A stretch of DNA of 64,000 bases from Alphaproteobacteria bacterium (GTDB lineage Bacteria > Pseudomonadota > Alphaproteobacteria > Rhizobiales > JAJFHR01), in NCBI GenBank assembly GCA_024278055.1, contig JAJRTY010000167.1, positions 28,338 to 92,337 on the forward strand. Reading direction: 5' to 3'. Shown here one piece after another: positions 60,613 through 64,000 of this stretch; position 1 is the first letter of the stretch; the number at the start of each line of letters is the position of its first letter. The translations under genes were made by a program, and so were the position numbers. The notes under the pieces are model-generated. The model saw nothing but the letters and a program-made list of their open reading frames with translations. It was not told where the DNA came from and searched no databases.

Positions 60613-62007
60613 ATGGTCAACACTACAAAAGCGCGCGGGTTTCATTTTTCAGAAGCCTTGACAGCGCAAGGCTGGCGGCAAAACGTCAGTGCAACACTTG
60701 ATGACAACGGTTTTTTCACCACGCTTGACAGCGACGACAACCCCCATAACCTGCCTCGCATCGACGGTTACGCTGTCCCCGGCGGCACCAATCTTCACTC
60801 CCATGTCTTCCAGCGCGCCATGGCCGGTCTGGGCGAGGTGCGGGGAAACCCCACCGACAGTTTCTGGAGCTGGCGCGAGGTCATGTACAAGTTCGTTGCC
60901 ATCATCGACCCCGATGACCTGAAGGCCATTGCCGCGAGGCTCTATATGGATTTTCTCAAAGGCGGCTTTACCAGTGTCGGTGAATTTCACTATCTCCACC
61001 ACAGCCCCGACGGCACACCTTATGATGACCCGGCGCAAATGTCCGTGGCTATTATTGAGGCCGCGCAAAATTCAGGCATAGCCCTCACCCACCTGCCGGT
61101 ATTTTATGCCCATTCAGGTTTTGGCGGCACCGCCCCCAACCAGGGTCAAAGACGTTTCGTACATTCTTTGGACGACTATGCAAAATTACTGCACAGCCTC
61201 AATGATCACTGTCGCTCTCCACTCAACAAAATCGGCATAGCCCCGCATTCCCTGCGTGCAGTAACTTCGGATGAATTATCAAAGCTTGAAGGACTTCGCC
61301 GGGAATTGGTTGCCGGTGGCCCCATGCACATTCACATCGCCGAACAGACAAAAGAGGTTGATGATTGTGTCGCCCATTGCGGTTCGCGCCCGGTGGAATG
61401 GCTGTTGAACAATGCCGATGTTGACGCAAGCTGGTGTCTCATTCACGCCACCCACATGACTGCCGACGAAATCCGCAACATGGCCAAAACAGGTGCCATA
61501 GCCGGTCTGTGCCCGATGACCGAAGCCAACCTTGGCGATGGCATTTTTCCCGCCGAAGAGTTTCAGGCCGCCGGTGGCCGCTTTGGTGTCGGCACAGATT
61601 CCAACATTCGCACCAATGTTGCAGAAGAACTGCAAATGCTGGAATACTCCCAACGCCTGTCAAAACGACGCCGCAACATACTGGCAGATCAAAACAACCC
61701 CAACGTTGGCGACAGCCTTTATCAGCAGGCATCCAGCGGCGGCGCTTTGGCTTTGGCCCAGCACTCCGGTGTCCTGGACATTAACAAACGCGCTGATTTT
61801 ATGGTGCTTGATTCTCAATTGGACGGCATTCAACGACAAGCCGATGCCCGTTACATGGACTACTGGCTATTCGGTGCGATAGACCGCACCCCGAAAGACG
61901 TTTATGTGGCCGGGCAACAGGTAGTTATTGACGGACGTCACAAGCAAGAAGAAGCCATAGATCGCGATTATCGCCGGGTGATGCAAAAACTGCTGGCGCA
62001 AATTTAG
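60613..62007 (+). CDS. hutF: Formimidoylglutamate deiminase
   Basis: NLHSH.FQRAMAGL, DSFWSWRE.MY, EFHYLHH, APHSLRAV, HIHIAEQ.KEV, CP.TEANLGDG, GTDSN. Confidence 0.93.
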   Translation: MVNTTKARGFHFSEALTAQGWRQNVSATLDDNGFFTTLDSDDNPHNLPRIDGYAVPGGTNLHSHVFQRAMAGLGEVRGNPTDSFWSWREVMYKFVAIIDPDDLKAIAARLYMDFLKGGFTSVGEFHYLHHSPDGTPYDDPAQMSVAIIEAAQNSGIALTHLPVFYAHSGFGGTAPNQGQRRFVHSLDDYAKLLHSLNDHCRSPLNKIGIAPHSLRAVTSDELSKLEGLRRELVAGGPMHIHIAEQTKEVDDCVAHCGSRPVEWLLNNADVDASWCLIHATHMTADEIRNMAKTGAIAGLCPMTEANLGDGIFPAEEFQAAGGRFGVGTDSNIRTNVAEELQMLEYSQRLSKRRRNILADQNNPNVGDSLYQQASSGGALALAQHSGVLDINKRADFMVLDSQLDGIQRQADARYMDYWLFGAIDRTPKDVYVAGQQVVIDGRHKQEEAIDRDYRRVMQKLLAQI

Positions 62008-62759
62008 AGGTTTTTTGCAAACTCACTGGCTGCGTTTTTGATAAGTGCCCTGTCGCGCCCGCCAATCAACAGGTATTCATACCCATCCTTGGCCCAGGAC
62101 GCAGCCTGCATTCCGCGCATCTCGCTCACAACAACTTTACTGTTTTCCAGCTTCTCGGATCGAATGATGCACAATGCAATCGGCTCGCCCAGTTTTGTCA
62201 AAAATGTCAGCTGCATCAACGGCCTGCCTTCAAATCCGAGAATTTGAGCCCGCTTGTAGTCAAGTTGCTTTTGCTGAACCAGGCTCGGCAGGTCAATCTT
62301 CTTGCCGATTGCCTGGGAAACACGATCAAGTTCAATGCCGGCAACATCAGGTTTTTGATCAATACCTTCCAGGGTAGCATGAATATAAAGTGCCTGATAT
62401 GTAGCGACAAACTCCCGCCAGTTCTCATCTTTTGTCTGCCCGGCAAAATACCCGGCACCGAGGCCCGCCAAAAGGAAAACAAACGAGAATACGGCAATCA
62501 GTTTCAGGCATCTGGCAACCGGTATTGAAGTCTCGTAGCGATCCGCATCGGGTAAATCCGGCATGCTCGGTGCGACATTGAGCAACTGGTCAAAGGCTGC
62601 ATCAATCTTCGGTTTATTCAGGGACAAAATGTCGATTCGGGCCTGAACATCTGAATCGTTTTTTAATGCCTGTCGAATTTCCTCAGCACGAGTGTGTTCA
62701 AATTCACCATCCAGGAAGGCCGTAAGCTCCTCATCACTGAATTCCTGACTGTTGTTCAT
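62004..62759 (-). CDS. Transmembrane anti-sigma factor
   Basis: SDEELTAFLDGE N-terminal anti-sigma motif, one TM, periplasmic domain; ATGA overlap with the ECF sigma gene. Confidence 0.85.
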   Translation of the reverse strand: MNNSQEFSDEELTAFLDGEFEHTRAEEIRQALKNDSDVQARIDILSLNKPKIDAAFDQLLNVAPSMPDLPDADRYETSIPVARCLKLIAVFSFVFLLAGLGAGYFAGQTKDENWREFVATYQALYIHATLEGIDQKPDVAGIELDRVSQAIGKKIDLPSLVQQKQLDYKRAQILGFEGRPLMQLTFLTKLGEPIALCIIRSEKLENSKVVVSEMRGMQAASWAKDGYEYLLIGGRDRALIKNAASEFAKNL

Positions 62760-63277
62760 CCCAGTTTACTTTCGCTACCATTGATTTTCCCGGCAAGTCT
62801 GGCTCGCGCCGCCGCCAGGCGGCTCATCACCGTACCCACTGGAATTTCAAGAATTTCAGCGGCCTGTCTGTAGCTATACCCTTCAGCATAAACCAACAAT
62901 ACCGTCGCACGCTGGGCTTCGGGTAAAGCGCCTACCTGCAATAACACTTCTTTGATCAATAAATTCGATTCCGGTCCCGGTTTTATTTCAGGAATCTGAT
63001 TTTCTTCAAGAGTTGTCATACCTCCCCCCCGACGCACAGCCGCGGCACGAAGCTCATTCAGCCAGATACGCTGGGCCATACGGAACACCCAGCTTTTGAG
63101 ATTTGTTCCCGGTATATAAAGATGGGCTTTTTCCAGCGCCCGCAAACAGGTGGATTGTGCCAAATCATCGGCAGACTGGGCACTGCCTGTTAATACCAGA
63201 CAAAATCGCCATAATCGGGGAAATATGGGCTGGAGCCCGTTTCTGACTTCTTCAAATGAACTTTTTTTTCCAAACAT
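62756..63277 (-). CDS. ECF sigma-70 factor (ECF26-like)
   Basis: PRLWRFC..LTG, ADDLAQ.T..RAL, SWVFR, LPEAQR, GYSY..AAEILEIPVGTVMSRLAAAR. Alternative start 63295. Confidence 0.92.
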   Translation of the reverse strand: MFGKKSSFEEVRNGLQPIFPRLWRFCLVLTGSAQSADDLAQSTCLRALEKAHLYIPGTNLKSWVFRMAQRIWLNELRAAAVRRGGGMTTLEENQIPEIKPGPESNLLIKEVLLQVGALPEAQRATVLLVYAEGYSYRQAAEILEIPVGTVMSRLAAARARLAGKINGSESKLG

Positions 63278-63354
63278 TCGAATAAATCTGCCCATGGCGT
63301 GTTTTACAGGTGCCGTGATTATACGCGGTTAACTTTCATTTGGGAGAAAAATAA

Positions 63355-63804
63355 ATGAAGACGATTGCAACGGCAGTATTTGCCGCAATTTTCAGCCTGT
63401 CCGGCGCAACATTCGCTCTGGCTCAAGGCGCACCGTCAAAAGCCGGGGCCAAACAGTATTTCGTCAACCTCAAAGACGGCGACACCGTTTCCAGCCCTCT
63501 CACCGTTGTTTTCGGCCTGTCAGGCATGGGCGTGGCTCCTGCCGGAATTGACAAAGCCAATACCGGCCACCACCATATCCTCATCAATCGCCCCCCTTTG
63601 GGCCAGGGTGAAGGAGGCGCTGATGAATTCAAGGATTCCATCCCCGCTGACGAAAAACACGTACATTTTGGCGGGGGTCAAACAGAAAAAACTCTTGAAC
63701 TGGCACCGGGTAAATACACCTTACAGCTGGTTCTGGGAGACAAAGACCACATCCCCCACAATCCGCCGGTAGCTTCAGAAGTGATTACCATTACGGTAAA
63801 ATAA
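63355..63804 (+). CDS. Secreted DUF4399 family protein
   Basis: Signal peptide (ALA-Q); FGLSGMGVAPAG, TGHHHILI, HFGGGQTE, L.PGKYTLQL..GD..H.PH.PP. Confidence 0.88.
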   Translation: MKTIATAVFAAIFSLSGATFALAQGAPSKAGAKQYFVNLKDGDTVSSPLTVVFGLSGMGVAPAGIDKANTGHHHILINRPPLGQGEGGADEFKDSIPADEKHVHFGGGQTEKTLELAPGKYTLQLVLGDKDHIPHNPPVASEVITITVK

Positions 63805-63817
63805 CACCAGATCACAA

Positions 63818-63968
63818 CTAGAGCGTTTCAGGTTTAGATTGAAACACCAGGGCAGCAAGCGCTGCCCGGCGCTACTGTGCCGCGCCCGTGCAGGCTCGGT
63901 GCGCAGCACCGAAATAGCCGCGAACGAAAAAACCTGGAGTGATTCCGTCAAAGACGGACACGCTCCAG
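63818..63968. repeat. Possible MITE/short interspersed palindromic element
   Basis: Terminal inverted ends CTAGAGCGT...ACGCTCCAG, of the TAGAGC-type seen in Rhizobiales intergenic repeats. Internal hairpins GGGCAGC-AAGC-GCTGCCC and TCGGTGC-GCA-GCACCGA. Only one full copy here. Confidence 0.45.
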
Positions 63969-63976
63969 ACAGATAA

Positions 63977-64000
63977 AAAGCAGTCCTTCGGGGCTGCTTT
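63977..64000 (+). terminator. Intrinsic terminator
   Basis: AAAGCAGTCC-TTCG-GGGCTGCTTT hairpin with UUCG loop, flanked by A and T runs; cut by the window edge. Confidence 0.75.

Overview
Chromosomal window from an alphaproteobacterium, most likely Hyphomicrobiales/Rhizobiales. The evidence is a permuted two-piece tmRNA with tag ANDNYAEARLAA, an alpha-type SspB, and the sspB-fumC-RHH-AsmA and uvrD-prmA-pepP gene order. It opens with the 3' part of an ApaLI-like restriction endonuclease next to ssrA. The rest is mostly housekeeping, metabolic and envelope genes: fumC, uvrD, prmA, pepP, an MCR-1-like eptA, a fused hydantoinase/5-oxoprolinase, sahR-metF, mlaA plus two mlaC, ettA, pxpABC, soxBDAG, hutF and an ECF sigma/anti-sigma pair. 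I found no integrase, transposase, phage gene, CRISPR array, rRNA or standalone tRNA. Most notable: (i) a TetR-linked MMPL/LolA-like/outer-membrane-barrel triad with twin operators; (ii) an orphan TAXI binding protein paired with an unknown bitopic protein; (iii) a Cys-less DJ-1 paralog beside an intact DJ-1 and a GlxA regulator; (iv) three unannotated small ORFs, one with a repeat-containing 3' UTR; (v) two REPIN-like hairpin elements with covarying arms and G-quadruplex motifs; (vi) three in-frame TAA codons (metF x2, TAXI) and a prmA frameshift, which may be consensus errors or early gene decay. Family assignments come from motif recognition and recall, not database searches.
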